The notes below the pieces were generated by a model that ran no database searches, was not told where the DNA came from, and saw only the letters and a list, made by a program, of their open reading frames with translations. The translations under genes were made by a program, and so were the position numbers. DNA of 64,000 bases from Callorhinchus milii. Its lineage: Eukaryota. This document shows, piece after piece, positions 62,335 through 64,000 of the stretch (position 1 is its first letter; each line of letters starts with the position of its first letter). The stretch lies in assembly GCF_018977255.1 (NCBI RefSeq), contig NW_024704744.1:46190001-46254000 (forward strand). Reading direction: 5' to 3'.

Positions 62335-64000
62335 CTCCCATTGACCTTCTTAAAAAACCTACACTTGATCCCTGCAATCTCACAAACTTCAGACCCATCT
62401 CAAACCTGCCCTTCCTGGCCAAAATTTGGAACACATGGTTCCAAATCAAATTCACTCATATCTCTTCCTCCACTCTCTACTTCAACCCCTCCAGTCCGGT
62501 TTCTACCCTCCCCACAGCACAGAGACAGCGTTTGTCAAAGTAACAAATTACATCTCTCTCTGTGACCAAGGCTCCCTCGAGCTCCCTATGCCTCTTCATT
62601 CTCCTAGACCTCTTAGCCGCGTTTGACACAGTCGATTACTCCATCTTCCTCCACCGCCTCTCCTTCCTTATCCATGTTTGTGGGACCGCACTCTCACGGT
62701 TTGAGTCCTACCTAACAAATCGCCAACAACATATCTCGGTAAATGTTTTTTCCTCTCTCACCACCCAGTCAACCGTGGGGTACACCAAGGCACTATCCTT
62801 GGCTCCCTTCTTTTCCTCATCTACTATACTCGTGGAGTCCTGTAGCTCAGTGGTTAGAGCACTCGCTTTGCAAGCGAGAGACCTGAGTTCAATTCCAGGC
62901 AGGGCGAAACCTTAGGCAAGTTTCCTTACTCCACACGCCTAATAATAATCCCTCCAAAACCAAAAACAATAATAAATTGGTCATTTTCAATCTACGACTG
63001 TTTGTGGGACATTGCTGTGCGCAATTGGCTGCTTGCTGCGTTTGCCCACAAAAAATATACAGTCAATTCACTTTACAGTGTGTTCTGTGAAGCGCTTTGG
63101 GACGTCCTCCCGACGTGAAAAGCACTATATCAAATGCAAGGATTATTATTATTATTATTATATGCTCCCTTTCGGGGACGTCATCCGCAGACATCGGGTA
63201 AACTTCCACTTGTATGCGGATGACACTCAAATCTACTTCTTCTCCAGTCCGCTGATGTCCTGTCAGCTTGTTCGATGGCCATCAAGGCTTGAATGATTGT
63301 AAATTTCCTGCAGCTGAATGTTGGCAAGACGGAAGCAATACTTATTGGCTCCCGTCAACATTTTCTGTCCTGTGGATCTGAACTCCTCAACCTCCCCTCA
63401 ACTTAGGCATCAGGTTCAATCCCCAGCTTTCCTTTCTAACACAGTTCGCTGGACTGCTTTTTTCCACCTCTGCTACTTGGCCCGGCTCCATATCTCACAA
63501 CCAACCCAGCCGAAACTTTCATTCAGGCCTTTGTCACTTCCCGACTGGAGTATACTAATGCCCTCGCTGGTCTCCCCAGCCCCACCATACACAAAGTCCA
63601 ATTAATTAAAAACTCCACTGCCTGGATACTCACTCGCACAAAACTCTGTAACCCCATCACACCAGTCCTTGCCAAGCTCCACTGACTCCCAATTTCTGAA
63701 TGGATCGATTTCAAGATCCTCTCACTCACTTTCAAATCCCTTCATGCCCTCGCACCTCCCTATCTATCCGATCTGCTTACCCTCCCACTCCACCACCCGA
63801 TGCCTCCGCTCGGCTGGATCCAGCCTTCTAATTGTCCCTCCTTCCCTCCGATCCACCCTCTGTGGCCATGCCTTGAGCCACTACAATCCAAAACTCTGGA
63901 ACTTTCTCTCTCAATCCCTCCGTCTTTCTCCCTCCCTTCAAATCCCACCTAAAGACATTTCTTTTTGATCAGCTTATAGTAACCTCCCCCCTCACTGTCC
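62335..64000 (+). mobile_element. L2 LINE ORF2 RT region, decayed, running to window end
   Basis: [72 protein letters not shown]; multiple frameshifts. Confidence 0.96.
62831..63160 (+). mobile_element. tRNA-derived SINE, young short form, inserted in L2
   Basis: Interrupts L2 ttcctcatcta|tatgctccct; head with ctcgc-tttgcaa-gcgag anticodon-like arm (TGC, Ala-like); (att)n tail. Confidence 0.96.

Noticed and set aside
62834-62910. tRNA-Ala gene (also the heads at ~29635, ~44995 and 58736)
   Set aside because: The T arm and acceptor stem are imperfect, and the head runs directly into a SINE body and tail found in multiple copies.
1-64000. Short ORFs in the provided track as host genes
   Set aside because: All are under 165 aa, many start at non-ATG codons, and those with recognisable motifs are L2/CR1 RT remnants or SINE read-throughs. 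The recurring KCKDYY and LCAIG peptides come from SINE tails.
1-64000. CRISPR array, operon or other prokaryotic system
   Set aside because: There is no regularly spaced repeat-spacer array and no gene-dense region; the recurring repeats are dispersed vertebrate SINE/LINE copies.

Overview
AT-rich vertebrate genomic DNA, intergenic or deep intronic, with no supportable protein-coding gene. The repeat repertoire (Deu-domain tRNA SINEs with L2-type tails, L2 and CR1 LINE 3' fragments, a Penelope-type insert) points to a cartilaginous fish, probably a holocephalan such as Callorhinchus; this is inference from repeat families only. The only ORFs with recognisable products are decayed L2/CR1 reverse-transcriptase fragments, and the rest of the ORF track looks like noise. 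A large share of the window is dispersed repeats, often nested. Between them lie repeat-free blocks rich in homeodomain/MEIS/SOX motifs that resemble developmental enhancers. The best leads are: a 111-bp Penelope-like insert with a 15-bp target-site duplication (TSD) and a minimal hammerhead ribozyme core; a 182-bp, ~98% identical duplication that replaced part of an L2 copy 8 kb away; a modular tRNA+CORE-like+Deu+L2-tail SINE with a young deletion subfamily; MER131-like retrocopies; several palindromic MITEs; and a candidate 5'UTR/start-codon exon at 16184-16337. I do not see convincing evidence of a wholly new biological system. All family names come from recalled consensus motifs, not database searches, and boundaries of old repeats are approximate.
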